DNA of 64,000 nucleotides from an uncultured Acidobacteriota bacterium (lineage in GTDB: Bacteria; Acidobacteriota; Vicinamibacteria; Fen-336). The translations under genes were made by a program, and so were the position numbers. Under the pieces are notes generated by a model. That model was given only the letters and a program-made list of their open reading frames with translations, was not told the DNA's origin and did no database searches. Of the stretch, positions 1-14,201 are shown piece after piece (position 1 is the first letter of the stretch; each line of letters starts with the position of its first letter). The DNA is taken from assembly GCA_964561785.1 (NCBI GenBank), contig CAZLRF010000009.1, forward strand, positions 41,686 to 105,685. Reading direction: 5' to 3'.

Positions 1-374
1 TGGGCTTTCGGACGGTCGTGAACATGCGCTCGGCGCGGGAGGGGCCGGAGGGGGAGGGAGACGCGGTCGAGGCGCAGGGTCTGCGCTACGTCTCGGTTCC
101 GGTCACGCCCGAGAGCTTCTCCCTCGCCGACGTCGAGGCGGTCGAGAGGGTGCTGGCAGACCCCGCGTCGGGCCCCGTCCTGCTGCACTGCAGCTCCTCG
201 AACCGGGTGGGCGGCGTCTGGGCCGTGCTCGAGTCGCGCCGGGGCCGCAGCCCCGAGGAGGCGCTGGCCGCCGGCCGGGCGGCCGGGCTGCACAGCCCCC
301 CGATGGAGGCGGCCGTCCGACGCCTCCTCGGGCTTCCCGAGCCGGCGGCGGTGTCTCCGCCCGTGAACCCCTGA
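1..374 (+). CDS. TIGR01244/DUF442-like phosphatase-fold (rhodanese/DSP-like) protein, 5'-truncated at window edge
   Basis: C-terminal segment GLRYVSVPV...GPVLLHCSSSNRVGGVW matches the conserved HC(X)nR P-loop region of DUF442 sulfur-transferase/phosphatase-like proteins. The frame is open back to position 3, so the N-terminus lies upstream of the window. Confidence 0.5.
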   Translation, partial: GFRTVVNMRSAREGPEGEGDAVEAQGLRYVSVPVTPESFSLADVEAVERVLADPASGPVLLHCSSSNRVGGVWAVLESRRGRSPEEALAAGRAAGLHSPPMEAAVRRLLGLPEPAAVSPPVNP

Positions 375-416
375 GCCGCCCGGGAGGCTCTCACCGGTGA
401 GAAAGGCGGAAGCGAC

Positions 417-506
417 ATGGACGGCTGGCTCGGTCCCCTCCTGATCCTCGGCGGCTGGATCGCCCTGCAGACGTGGGTCCTGCCCCGCCTCGGGGTCCCC
501 ACCTGA
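417..506 (+). CDS. possible 29-aa hydrophobic small membrane peptide (MDGWLGPLLILGGWIALQTWVLPRLGVPT)
   Basis: ATG 417 preceded by purine-rich aaaggcggaag; single TM-like peptide in otherwise empty 260-bp gap; not in ORF track (too short). Confidence 0.2.
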   Translation: MDGWLGPLLILGGWIALQTWVLPRLGVPT

Positions 507-635
507 GCCGTGCCCCAGCCGCGCCGGGGCGCGCGGAAGGACGACGAGACCTCCCCCGACGGAAAGGAGCGCTGACGTGGCCGAGATCGGCATCCGAAGG
601 ACCCTGCTGCGCCGCGTGATCGAGGCCCTGTAGCC

Positions 636-1166
636 TTGGGGGGCGTGGAGGCGGAGATTCTCCTCCGGGTCCACGCCCTGTCGACCCCCGCTCTCGACGC
701 GGCCGCCCGGGTCGGATGGGCCCTCGGCGTGCTCCGTCTGTGCGCCCCGTTCGTCCTCGCCCTGGTGGCCTGGCACCTGCGGCGCGGAGAGCGCCGGGAG
801 GCCGCCGCCTGGCTCGGGGTGGGTGCCGCGGCGGCCGTCGTGCCGGAGCTGCTCAAGGCCGCGGTGGCGCGGCCCCGGCCCGCCCTGTGGCCCTGGCTCA
901 TCCCCACCTCCGGCTGGTCCTTCCCGAGCGGCCACGCCGTCGCGGGGACGGCGCTGTACCCGCTGCTCGGGTGGCTGGCCCTGCGGGGCCGCGGCCTCGG
1001 GGCCTGGGGCTACGCGGCGGGGTTCCTCGTCGGCGTGTTCATCGGCCTCTCGAGGCTGTACGTCGGCGTCCACTGGCCGAGCGACGTCCTCGCGGGCTGG
1101 GCGATCGGAGTTGTGCTCAGCGGCGTCGCGGTCGGCCGCCTTGACAGCTCTCCCCGGACCCTCTAG
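636..1166 (+). CDS. PAP2-family phosphatase (phosphatidic acid phosphatase type 2 / undecaprenyl-diphosphatase-like), membrane
   Basis: PAP2 motifs KAAVARPRP (KxxxxxxRP), PSGH, SRLYVGVHWPSD (SRxxxxxHxxxD); multiple TM helices. Confidence 0.8.
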   Translation: MGGVEAEILLRVHALSTPALDAAARVGWALGVLRLCAPFVLALVAWHLRRGERREAAAWLGVGAAAAVVPELLKAAVARPRPALWPWLIPTSGWSFPSGHAVAGTALYPLLGWLALRGRGLGAWGYAAGFLVGVFIGLSRLYVGVHWPSDVLAGWAIGVVLSGVAVGRLDSSPRTL

Positions 1167-1348
1167 AGTCGTGGATCTCGGGGAAGTCGGCACCATGACA
1201 CCGCGCGCGAACACGGCTCTTCGGTCGGATCGCGGCGGAGCCGTGTGCCGCTGGCGTCCCGTGTTCCATTACCGGCACCCGTAGCGGCGGCCCCGGAGGG
1301 GACCGCCGCGACCGGAGCGGGTTCCCTGGGGATGCGGACGCGGGCCGA

Positions 1349-1381
1349 GAAAGCCTCTCCAGGAGACCTGGAGGGGCTTTC
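1349..1381 (+). promoter_or_regulatory. 15-bp RNA hairpin (one G-U pair, 3-nt loop) containing AGGAGA immediately 5' of the supraoperon start codon
   Basis: GAAAGCCTCTCCAGG-aga-CCTGGAGGGGCTTTC ends 1 nt before GTG 1382; SD-like AGGAGA (1361-1366) lies at stem top/loop. Confidence 0.35.
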
Positions 1382-2872
1382 GTGCTTCTGGGCGGCAGGA
1401 CGGCGATCGCAGTCAGCCTGACCGAGGAGACGACCGCTGCGGTCGTCGACCGGATGGCCGAGCTGCGCGACGCGGCCGACCTGTTCGAGGTGCGGGCCGA
1501 CTTCGTGCGCGACCTCGACCTCTCCGCCCTGCTGCGGGCGCGGACGAGGCCGATCCTCCTCACGTGCCGCCCCGAGTCCGAGGGCGGGCGCTTTCCGGAC
1601 CGCGAGGCGTCGGCCCGCCGCCGCGTCCTCGCCGAGGCGGTCGAGCGGGGATTCGACCTCGTCGACCTCGAGGCGCGCGCGGGCTGCGACGACGTGGCCG
1701 CCGCGAAGGTGGGGCGAGGGCTCGTGCTCTCGTGGCACGATTTCGAGGGCACCCCGGACGACCTCGATTCGCTCTACGACCGGATGGCCGCGTCGCGCCC
1801 CGACGTCGTGAAGATCGCGGTCACCGCGCGCTCGATCGCCGACCTCGCCCGGCTGCTCGCGTTCGCCTCCCGCCACGCGTCGGGGCCGGGCCCGCGGCTC
1901 GTGGCCCTTTCGATGGGGCCGCTGGGTGTCGCCTCGCGGGTCCTCGGGGGCCGGCTCGGGGCCCCCTTCACGTTCGCGGCCCCCTCGGCGGGCCGGGAGT
2001 CGGCCCCGGGGCAGCTCACGGCACGCGCCCTCGCCGAGACGTACCGCGTGCGCTCGATCGGGCCCTCGACCCGCGTCTACGGCCTCCTCGGCTCGGACGT
2101 CCTGCGCAGCCTGTCCCCGGCCATCCAGAATCGCGCCTTCGCCGCGACGGGCACGGACGCGGTCTACGTTCCCCTGCAGGCGGAGTCGCTCGAGGCGTTC
2201 GACGAGGCCCTGCCCGCGCTCTCCCTCTCGGGCTTCAGCGTCACTCGCCCCTACAAGACCCGGATCCTCGATCGCCTCGCCCGCGTCACGGACGACGCGG
2301 CGGAGGCGGGCTCGGCCAACACGGTCGTCGTGCAGGAGGGCCGGCTCGCCGGGCTCAGCACCGACGGGGACGGCGTCCTCGTGCCCCTGCGGAAACGGAT
2401 CGAGCCGGCGGGCCGCACCGTGGTCGTCCTCGGCGCGGGGGGAGCCGCGCGGGCGGCGGCGTTCGCCCTCGCCCGGGCCGGGGCGCGCGTGAGCGTCCTC
2501 GCCCGCCGGGTCGAGCAGGCGCGGGAGGTCGCGGCGGGGGTCCGCGGCGAGGCGGGGGCGCTCGACGCCCTGTCCCGCATCGGGTGGGACGTGCTCGTGA
2601 ACGCGACGCCGGTCGGCTCCGGGGCACTCCCGGGCGCGTGCCCGGTGCCGCCGTCGGCGATTCGGCCGGGCACCGTCGTCTTCGACATGGTGTACGAGCC
2701 GCGGGAGACGCCGCTGCTCCTCGCGGCCCGGGCCGCGGGCTGCGCGACGATCGACGGCGTCGAGATGCTGGTGGCGCAGGCGGTGGGGCAGTTCGAGGCG
2801 TGGACCGGCCGGAGGGCGCCGGTCGAGGCCATGACCGAGGCGGCGACGGCCGCGCTCGCGGAGGAGAGATGA
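1382..2872 (+). CDS. aroDE: bifunctional 3-dehydroquinate dehydratase (type I) / shikimate 5-dehydrogenase (AroD-AroE fusion)
   Basis: N-terminal half type I DHQase (VVKIAVTARS, SMGPLG); C-terminal half shikimate dehydrogenase (SPAIQNRAF, VTRPYK, GAGGAARA Rossmann, NATPVG). 496 aa. Confidence 0.85.
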   Translation: MLLGGRTAIAVSLTEETTAAVVDRMAELRDAADLFEVRADFVRDLDLSALLRARTRPILLTCRPESEGGRFPDREASARRRVLAEAVERGFDLVDLEARAGCDDVAAAKVGRGLVLSWHDFEGTPDDLDSLYDRMAASRPDVVKIAVTARSIADLARLLAFASRHASGPGPRLVALSMGPLGVASRVLGGRLGAPFTFAAPSAGRESAPGQLTARALAETYRVRSIGPSTRVYGLLGSDVLRSLSPAIQNRAFAATGTDAVYVPLQAESLEAFDEALPALSLSGFSVTRPYKTRILDRLARVTDDAAEAGSANTVVVQEGRLAGLSTDGDGVLVPLRKRIEPAGRTVVVLGAGGAARAAAFALARAGARVSVLARRVEQAREVAAGVRGEAGALDALSRIGWDVLVNATPVGSGALPGACPVPPSAIRPGTVVFDMVYEPRETPLLLAARAAGCATIDGVEMLVAQAVGQFEAWTGRRAPVEAMTEAATAALAEER

Positions 2873-3984
2873 ACGGGACGCACCGCCTGGCCCAGGTCCC
2901 CCCGGGGGTCCAGTGCTTCGTGGGCGCCGAGGCGCGGCGGCGCCGCCGGGTCGAGGAGACGGTCGTGTCGGTGTTCGAGGGCTGGGACTACGAGGAGATC
3001 ATCCCGCCGCTGTTCGACTACGCGGACGTCTTCGCGAGCGAGGCCCTCGCGCCCCGGACCTACTCGTTCGTGGGCCGGGACGGGAGCGTGCTCGCCCTGC
3101 GGCCGGACTTCACGAGCCTCCTCGCCAAGATCGCGGCCGGCCGCCTGCGCGACCGGCCGGCCCCGATGCGCCTGTACTACTCGGGCGAGGTCGTGCGCTA
3201 CGAGCCGGTGAAGGCCGGCCGCCAGAGCGAGCTGCACCAGATGGGGCTCGAGCACCTCGGGGGCGCGCCGCGGGCCGCCGACGCGGAGGTGCTGGCGATC
3301 GCCGCCGAGTGCCTCGAGCGCCTCGGCGCGCGCGGGTGGGTGCTCGCCCTCGGCCACGTGGGCGTCTTCGGCGGCCTCGTGCGGGGCGCCGCCCTCGAGG
3401 GCGAGCGGCTCGAGGCGCTGCGCGACCGCATCGAGTCGAAGGACCCGGCCGGGGTGCGCGCGGTCCTCGAGGGGACCGGCCTCGGACCGCCCGTCGCGGT
3501 CGCGCTCGAGCGGCTCGGCGCGATGGCGGGCGGGACCGACGTCCTCGACGAGGCCGCGCGAGCGTTCGCGTTCTGCCCCCCGGCCGCGGCCGCCGTCGAC
3601 GAGCTGCGGGACGTCGTCGAGGCCCTCGGCGCCGCCCATCTCGGCGAGCGCCTCGCGATCGATCTCGCGGAGGTGCGCGGCCTCGACTACTACACGGGCC
3701 TCGTCTTCCGCGTCTTCGCGCCCGACCTCGGCTTCGAGGTCGGGGGCGGGGGACGCTACGACGCGCTGCTCGCCCGCTTCGGGCGCCCGCTCGGCGCGGT
3801 GGGCTTCATGCTCGGCCTGGACCGGGTGGCCCTCCTCCTCGAGCGCCAGGGCGTCGCGTCCGAGGGGGCGAACGCGCCGGCGGAGACAATCGCGGGGACG
3901 GACCTCGGCGCCTCTCTCGCCGTGGCGCGCGCGAGGCGCGCGGCGGGTGTCCGCGTCCGCTTCGGGAACGGGGGACCGCGGTGA
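2869..3984 (+). CDS. hisZ: ATP phosphoribosyltransferase regulatory subunit HisZ (HisRS paralogue)
   Basis: Class II aaRS-like core (LRPDFT, YYSGEVVRYE, GGGGRYDAL) without anticodon domain; ATG 2869 overlaps aroDE stop (ATGA). Confidence 0.85.
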   Translation: MNGTHRLAQVPPGVQCFVGAEARRRRRVEETVVSVFEGWDYEEIIPPLFDYADVFASEALAPRTYSFVGRDGSVLALRPDFTSLLAKIAAGRLRDRPAPMRLYYSGEVVRYEPVKAGRQSELHQMGLEHLGGAPRAADAEVLAIAAECLERLGARGWVLALGHVGVFGGLVRGAALEGERLEALRDRIESKDPAGVRAVLEGTGLGPPVAVALERLGAMAGGTDVLDEAARAFAFCPPAAAAVDELRDVVEALGAAHLGERLAIDLAEVRGLDYYTGLVFRVFAPDLGFEVGGGGRYDALLARFGRPLGAVGFMLGLDRVALLLERQGVASEGANAPAETIAGTDLGASLAVARARRAAGVRVRFGNGGPR

Positions 3985-4598
3985 GCCTCACCGTCGCCCT
4001 CTCGAAGGGCAAGCTCCTCGCCGGCTCCGAGGCGCTCTTCCGCCGGGCCGGGCTCGCCTTCCCCGACCTCGACGGCCGCCGGCTCGTCGTGCCGGCGGGC
4101 GACCTGCGCTTCCTGTTCGTGAAGGACATGGACGTGCCCACCTACGTCGAGTACGGGGTCGCCGACTGCGGGATCGCCGGCCGCGACGTCCTGCTCGAGA
4201 CGGGGGCCGACGTCCTCGAGCCGCTCGACCTCGGCTTCGGCCGCTGCCGGCTCGTGGTGGCGAGCCCGGCCGGCTCGGGCTTCGCCCCCGACCGGGCGTC
4301 GACCACCCGCGTCGCGAGCAAGTACGCGAGGGTGGCCGCCGACCACTTCCTCGGGCGGGGGCTGGCGGTCGAGGTGGTGCGCCTAGCGGGGTCGGTCGAG
4401 ATCGCCCCCGGCCTCGGCCTCGCCGACTGCATCGTGGACGTGGTCGAGACCGGTCGCACGCTCGCCGAGAACGGCCTCGAGGTCGTCGAGACCGTGGCCG
4501 AGTCCTCAGCCCGTCTCGTCGTCAACCGCGCGAGCTTCCACGCCCGCCGCGCGGACGTGCAGGGTCTCGTCGAGGCCCTGCGGAGGGCCTCGCGATGA
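3981..4598 (+). CDS. hisG: ATP phosphoribosyltransferase, short form HisG
   Basis: ~205 aa short HisG (LTVALSKGKL, DLGFGRCRLVVA, DVVETGRTL); GTG 3981 overlaps hisZ stop (GTGA). Confidence 0.88.
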   Translation: MSLTVALSKGKLLAGSEALFRRAGLAFPDLDGRRLVVPAGDLRFLFVKDMDVPTYVEYGVADCGIAGRDVLLETGADVLEPLDLGFGRCRLVVASPAGSGFAPDRASTTRVASKYARVAADHFLGRGLAVEVVRLAGSVEIAPGLGLADCIVDVVETGRTLAENGLEVVETVAESSARLVVNRASFHARRADVQGLVEALRRASR

Positions 4599-5887
4599 GA
4601 ACGCTGTCCTACGGCACCGACGCCTGGAGGCGCTGGCTCGCCCGACTGCCCCGCTCGAGCGCGCCCCGCGGCGAGGCGCTGCGCGCGGCGGAGGGGATCC
4701 TGCGCTCCGTCCGCCGGGACGGCGACGCCGCCCTCGTGCGCCTGACCGCGCGCTTCGACGGCGTGCGCCTGTCCGCCCGCGAGCTGCGCGTGCCGCCCGC
4801 CGAGGTGCGCTCGCTCGCCGCGCGGGCCGACCCCCGCGTCGTCCGGGCGCTGCGCGCGATGGCCCGCCGGATCGAGGCCTTCCACCGCCGCCAGCTCGAC
4901 CCCGGCTTCCGCCTCCGTCTCCCCGACGGGTCCGTGCTCGAGGAGCTCGCGCGGCCGCTCGCCTCGGCCGGCCTCTACGTCCCCGGCGGCGCCGGGGCGT
5001 ACCCCTCCTCCGTCCTCATGAACGCGATCCCCGCGCGCGTGGCGGGCGTGCCCCGGGTCGTCGTCGCGACGCCTCCCCGCACGCTCGAGGAGAACCCGGC
5101 GGTCGCGGCCGCGATCCTCGTGGCCGGCGTCGAGCGCGACGTCTTCCGCCTCGGCGGCGCGCAGGCGGTGGCCGCGCTCGCGTACGGCACGCGGACGGTG
5201 CCGGCCGTCGACGTGATCGTCGGCCCCGGCAACGCCTACGTGGCGGCGGCCAAGCGGCTCGTGCGCGGGCAGGTCGCGATCGACAGCGAGGCGGGGCCGA
5301 GCGAGGTGGCGATCCTGGCCGACGACACCGCCGACCCCGGCTGGGTGGCGGCGGACCTCCTCGCCCAGGCCGAGCACGGCAGCGGCGACGAGACGGTGGT
5401 GCTCGTCACCCCGTCGCGCGACCTCGCGACGGAAGCCACGCGGCTCGTGGCCCTCGGCCTGCCGTCCGTGGCGAACGCGGCCCGGGCGCGCCGGGCGCTC
5501 GCCCGCAACGGCGCGGCCGTCCTGGTGAGCGATCTCGAGGAGGGGCTGGCCGCCGTCAACGCCCTCGCCCCCGAGCACGTCGAGGTGATCACCCGGGGGG
5601 CCGCGCGACTGGCCCGACGCGTCGTGGGGGGCGCCGTCTTCGTCGGCCCCCACGCGCCCGTGGCGGTGGGCGACTACGGCGTCGGTCCCAACCACGTGCT
5701 GCCGACCGGGGGCGCGGCGCGCTTCGCCTCGCCGCTCTCCGTCCGCGACTTCCAGCGTCGGCAGAGCCTCGTGACCCTGACCCGCCGCGGCCTCGCCCGG
5801 GTGGCCGAGGACGCGGTCCGCGTGGCGATGGCCGAGGGCTTCCGCGGCCACGCGCAGAGCGTGCTCACGCGCTTCGAGGGGGAGTGA
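4595..5887 (+). CDS. hisD: histidinol dehydrogenase
   Basis: Full-length similarity to HisD (GLYVPGG, VDVIVGPGNAYVAAAK, AQAEHG, HVLPTGG); ATGA overlap with hisG. Confidence 0.92.
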   Translation: MRTLSYGTDAWRRWLARLPRSSAPRGEALRAAEGILRSVRRDGDAALVRLTARFDGVRLSARELRVPPAEVRSLAARADPRVVRALRAMARRIEAFHRRQLDPGFRLRLPDGSVLEELARPLASAGLYVPGGAGAYPSSVLMNAIPARVAGVPRVVVATPPRTLEENPAVAAAILVAGVERDVFRLGGAQAVAALAYGTRTVPAVDVIVGPGNAYVAAAKRLVRGQVAIDSEAGPSEVAILADDTADPGWVAADLLAQAEHGSGDETVVLVTPSRDLATEATRLVALGLPSVANAARARRALARNGAAVLVSDLEEGLAAVNALAPEHVEVITRGAARLARRVVGGAVFVGPHAPVAVGDYGVGPNHVLPTGGAARFASPLSVRDFQRRQSLVTLTRRGLARVAEDAVRVAMAEGFRGHAQSVLTRFEGE

Positions 5888-7005
5888 TGGACCCGCTGCG
5901 CCACGTGAAGCCGGCGGTGCGGGCCCAGAAGGCCTACACCCTCGCCCTGCGCGAGGCCCCGGTCAAGCTCAACCAGAACGAGAACCCGTGGGACCTCCCG
6001 GAGGCCTTCAAGCGGCGAGTCCTCGAGAGAGCGCTCCTGCGGCCGTGGTCCCGCTACCCCGACTTCGACCCGAGGGAGCTCCTCGCGGCGCTCGCCGGTT
6101 TCTCGGGCTGGAGGGCGGACGGGATCCTCGCCGGCAACGGCTCGAACGAGCTCATCGAGGCGCTGCTCCTCGTGACCGTCTCTCCCGGCACGAGGGTCGT
6201 CATCCCGCAGCCGACCTTCACCCTGTACTCCTCGATGACGACGATCCTCGGCGGCGAGCCGGCCTTCGTGCCGCTGCGGCGAGAGCCTCCCGACGGCGGG
6301 TTCGCCTACGACGTCGGGGAGCTCCTCGCCGCGCGCGAGGCGAGCCGCGCGTCGGTCACCATCGTCTGCTCGCCCAACAACCCCACCGGCACGAGCCTCC
6401 CCCTCGCCGACGTCGAGCGGCTGTGCGCCGCGAACGACTCGCTGGTGGTCGTCGACGAGGCCTACCACGAGTTCTGCGGGCGATCCGCGGTCCCCCTCCT
6501 GGAGCGACACCCGAACCTCGTCGTCCTGCGCACCTTCTCGAAGGCGATGGCGCTCGCCGGGCTCCGGGTCGGATACCTGCTCGCCTCGCCCGACCTCGTG
6601 CGCGAGGTGAACAAGGCGCGCCTGCCCTACAACGTCAACTTCTTCTCGCAGGCCGCGGCCATCGCGGCGATCGAGGAGTACGAGGCGGTGCTCGCGCCGA
6701 CCGTGCGCGCCCTGGCGGCGGAGCGGGAGCGGCTCCTGTCCCGGCTCGCCGACGTGCCGGGGGTCCGGGCCCACGCCTCGGACGCGAACTTCTTCCTGCT
6801 CGAGCTGACGGGCGCCGACCCCGGGGCCGTCTTCGCCTCGCTCCTGCGCCGGGGCGTGCTCGTGCGCGACGTGACGTCGTACCCGATGCTCTCCTCGTTC
6901 CTGCGCGTGAGCGTGGGGTCCGCGGAGGAGAACGACGCCTTCCTGCGCGCCCTGGGGACGGCTCTCACGGAGGCCGGCATGGATCTCACGACGGGGAGGG
7001 CCTGA
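5884..7005 (+). CDS. hisC: histidinol-phosphate aminotransferase
   Basis: Class II PLP aminotransferase (KLNQNENP, CSPNNPTG, RTFSKAMALAGLRVGY); start overlaps hisD stop. Confidence 0.9.
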   Translation: MMDPLRHVKPAVRAQKAYTLALREAPVKLNQNENPWDLPEAFKRRVLERALLRPWSRYPDFDPRELLAALAGFSGWRADGILAGNGSNELIEALLLVTVSPGTRVVIPQPTFTLYSSMTTILGGEPAFVPLRREPPDGGFAYDVGELLAAREASRASVTIVCSPNNPTGTSLPLADVERLCAANDSLVVVDEAYHEFCGRSAVPLLERHPNLVVLRTFSKAMALAGLRVGYLLASPDLVREVNKARLPYNVNFFSQAAAIAAIEEYEAVLAPTVRALAAERERLLSRLADVPGVRAHASDANFFLLELTGADPGAVFASLLRRGVLVRDVTSYPMLSSFLRVSVGSAEENDAFLRALGTALTEAGMDLTTGRA

Positions 7006-7625
7006 TGGCGACGAAGCGCCGGACGGAGCGCACGCAGCGGCCGAGGCGGGCCCGGATCGAGCGAAGGACGCGCGAGACCGACATCGTCCTGTCGCTCGAC
7101 CTCGACGGCGCAGGACGGGCACGGGCGAGGACCGGGGTCGGCTTCCTCGACCACATGCTCGGCGCCCTCGCCACCCACGCGCGGCTCGACCTCGACGTGC
7201 GCTGCAAGGGCGACCTCCACGTGGACGCCCACCACTCGGTCGAGGACGTGGGCATCGCGCTCGGCCAGGCGCTCCGGGAGGCGCTCGGGGACAAGCGCGG
7301 GATCGTCCGCTTCGGCCACGCCTACGTGCCGCTCGACGAGGCGCTGTGCCGGGCGGTCGTCGACCTCTCCGGCCGGCCGTGGCTCCACTTCGGCGCGCAG
7401 TTCCGGGCGCAGAGGATCGGGGACATGCCGACCGAGCTGTTCGAGGACTTCTTCTGGGCGCTCGTCGACCACGGGCGCTTCAACCTGCACCTCGACGTCG
7501 TGCGGGGGCGCAACTCGCACCACGTCGCGGAGGCGCTCTTCAAGGCGACGGCGCGGGCGCTCCGCCTGGCCGTCTCGCGCGACCCCCGGGTCGCGGGCGT
7601 CCCGTCCACCAAGGGGAGCCTGTAG
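7005..7625 (+). CDS. hisB: imidazoleglycerol-phosphate dehydratase (monofunctional)
   Basis: IGPD motifs (GVGFLDHML, DLHVDAHH, HHVAEALFKA); 206 aa with no fused HAD phosphatase domain; ATG shares 1 nt with hisC TGA. Confidence 0.9.
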   Translation: MATKRRTERTQRPRRARIERRTRETDIVLSLDLDGAGRARARTGVGFLDHMLGALATHARLDLDVRCKGDLHVDAHHSVEDVGIALGQALREALGDKRGIVRFGHAYVPLDEALCRAVVDLSGRPWLHFGAQFRAQRIGDMPTELFEDFFWALVDHGRFNLHLDVVRGRNSHHVAEALFKATARALRLAVSRDPRVAGVPSTKGSL

Positions 7626-7628
7626 CGC

Positions 7629-8252
7629 ATGATCGCGATCGCCGACTACGGCATCGGCAACCTCGGCAGCGTCACCAAGGCCTTCCGCCGCGCGGGGGCG
7701 GAGGTCGCGCTCGTGGGCGACGTCGACCGGCTGCGCCTCGCGGACGCGCTCGTCCTGCCCGGGGACGGCGCGTTCGCGGCCACGATGGGCGAGATCGAGG
7801 CGCGCGGGCTCGTCCCCGTGCTGCGGGAGGCGGCCGCGGCGGGGAAGCCTCTCCTCGGCATCTGCATCGGGATGCAGGTTCTCTTCGAGGAGAGCGAGGA
7901 GCACGGCCGCCACCGGGGGCTCGGCCTGCTGCCCGGCCGCGTCGTGCGCTTCGACGGCGAGCTTCCGGTGCCCCACATGGGGTGGAACCGGCTGCGGGCG
8001 CGGCGGGCGCACCCGATCCTCGACCCGGTGCCGGACGGCGCCCACGTCTACTTCGTCCACTCCTACTGGTGCGACGCCGCGGACGACGTGGTGGTCGCGA
8101 CGTCGGACTACGGCCGCGACTTTCCGGCCGTGGTCGCACGCGGCAGCGTCCTCGGCCTGCAGTTCCACCCCGAGAAGAGCCAGGACGTGGGGCAGCGCAT
8201 GGTGGAGGCCTTCGTGCAGATCGTGAGGGCGGCGAGGAGGACGGCGGCATGA
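7629..8252 (+). CDS. hisH: imidazole glycerol phosphate synthase, glutamine amidotransferase subunit
   Basis: GATase1 (LGICIGMQ nucleophile elbow, FHPEKS). Confidence 0.92.
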   Translation: MIAIADYGIGNLGSVTKAFRRAGAEVALVGDVDRLRLADALVLPGDGAFAATMGEIEARGLVPVLREAAAAGKPLLGICIGMQVLFEESEEHGRHRGLGLLPGRVVRFDGELPVPHMGWNRLRARRAHPILDPVPDGAHVYFVHSYWCDAADDVVVATSDYGRDFPAVVARGSVLGLQFHPEKSQDVGQRMVEAFVQIVRAARRTAA

Positions 8253-8986
8253 TCGTGGTTCCCGCGATCGACATCCGGAAGGGCCGGGTCGTACGCCTGC
8301 GCCAGGGCCGGGCCGAGGAGGAGACGGTGTACGGCTCGCACCCGGCGGAGGCCGCGCGCCGCTGGGAGGCCGAGGGGGCCGCGCGCCTCCACGTCGTCGA
8401 CCTCGACGCGGCCATCGAGGGGATGAGCCAGACCGACGCGATCGCGGCGGTGGTGCAGGCGGTGCGCATCCCGGTCGAGGTGGGCGGCGGGGTGAGGAGG
8501 CTGGCCGACGCCCGGCAGCTCAGGGACCTCGGCGTCGAGCGCGTGATCTTCGGGACGGCCGCGGTGTCCCGCCCGGAGGAGGTGCAGGCCGCGGTCTCGC
8601 ACTTCCCGGAGGCGGTGGCGGTGGCCATCGACGCCCGCGACGGCCGGGTGGCGGTGGCGGGCTGGAACGAGACGACGGACGTCGACGCGCTCGAGCTCGC
8701 CGCCACCGTCGAGAGCTGGGGCGTGGTGCGGGTCCAGTTCACCGACATCCGGCGCGACGGCACCCTCGTCGGGCCGAACCTCGAGGCGATCGAGGCGCTC
8801 GGCCGCAGGACCGGCCTTCGGGTCACCGCCGCCGGCGGCGTCTCGGACGTGCGGGACCTCGTCCGCCTCGCCGAGCTCGAGCCGTTCGGGGTCGACGAGG
8901 CAATCGTGGGCAAGGCCCTCTACGAGGGGCGGGTGACGCTCGCCGGGGCGCGGCGGGCCCTCGCCGAGGGGGAGGCGACGCGCTGA
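8249..8986 (+). CDS. hisA: 1-(5-phosphoribosyl)-5-[(5-phosphoribosylamino)methylideneamino]imidazole-4-carboxamide isomerase
   Basis: HisA/HisF TIM barrel ([23 protein letters not shown]); ATGA overlap with hisH. Confidence 0.9.
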   Translation: MIVVPAIDIRKGRVVRLRQGRAEEETVYGSHPAEAARRWEAEGAARLHVVDLDAAIEGMSQTDAIAAVVQAVRIPVEVGGGVRRLADARQLRDLGVERVIFGTAAVSRPEEVQAAVSHFPEAVAVAIDARDGRVAVAGWNETTDVDALELAATVESWGVVRVQFTDIRRDGTLVGPNLEAIEALGRRTGLRVTAAGGVSDVRDLVRLAELEPFGVDEAIVGKALYEGRVTLAGARRALAEGEATR

Positions 8987-9776
8987 TGCTCGCGAAGCGG
9001 CTCATTCCCTGCCTCGACGTCGACCGCGGCCGCGTGGTGAAGGGCGTGCGCTTCGTGTCCCTGCGCGACGCGGGCGACCCCGTGGAGGCGGCGGTGCGCT
9101 ACGACCTCGAGGGCGCGGACGAGCTGGTCTTCCTCGACATCACCGCCTCCTCCGACGCGCGGCCGATCGTGCTCGACATGGTGCGCCGCGTGGCGGACGC
9201 GGTCTACCTGCCGTTCACCGTGGGCGGAGGCGTGCGCGCGGTGGAGGACGCCGAGGCGCTGCTGCGGGCCGGCGCGGACAAGGTGGCGGTCAACACCGCG
9301 GCGGTCGACGAGCCGGCGCGGCTCGAGGATCTCTCGCGCCGCTTCGGGTCGCAGGCGGTCGTCCTCGCGATCGACGCGCGCTCGACCGGGCGCGGCGGGT
9401 GGGAGGTGTTCGTGCACGGCGGACGCACGCCCACCGGCCGGGACGCCGTCGAGTGGGCGCGGGAGGGGACGGCGCGGGGCGCGGGCGAGATCCTGCTCAC
9501 CAGCATGGACCGGGACGGGACGAAGGACGGCTTCGACGTGGCGCTCGTCCGGGCAGTGGCCGACGCCGTGCGTGTGCCGGTCGTGGCCTCGGGCGGCTGC
9601 GGCAGCGTCGCCCACATGGCCGAGGCCTTCACGCAGGGGCGGGCGAGCGCGGCGCTCGCCGCCTCCGTCTTCCACTTCGGCGAGATCCGGATCCCCGAGG
9701 CGAAGAGGGAGCTGCTCGCCCTCGGCGTGCCGGTGCGGCCCCCGGCGGAGCCGCCAGCGGCGGCGGGAGGCCGGTG

Positions 9777-9777
<1 letters not shown>
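8986..9777 (+). CDS. hisF: imidazole glycerol phosphate synthase, cyclase subunit
   Basis: HisF motifs ([30 protein letters not shown]). Confidence 0.92.

Positions 9778-14197
<4,420 letters not shown>

Positions 14198-14201
<4 letters not shown>

Noticed and set aside
86-907. 273-aa minus-strand ORF overlapping the phosphatase-fold and PAP2 genes
   Set aside because: Arg/Ala/Ser/Pro-rich low-complexity translation antisense to confidently assigned genes; typical high-GC frame artefact.
1196-1284. Possible his/trp leader peptide upstream of the supraoperon (MTPRANTALRSDRGGAVCRWRPVFHYRHP)
   Set aside because: Contains single scattered His/Trp codons rather than a tandem run, and is the tail of a longer alternate-frame ORF (823..1284); no terminator/antiterminator pairing evident.
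1564-3984. 806-aa plus-strand ORF spanning aroDE and hisZ
   Set aside because: Only the last ~370 codons (from ATG 2869) encode recognisable HisZ; the upstream part is RG-rich read-through in an alternate frame of aroDE.
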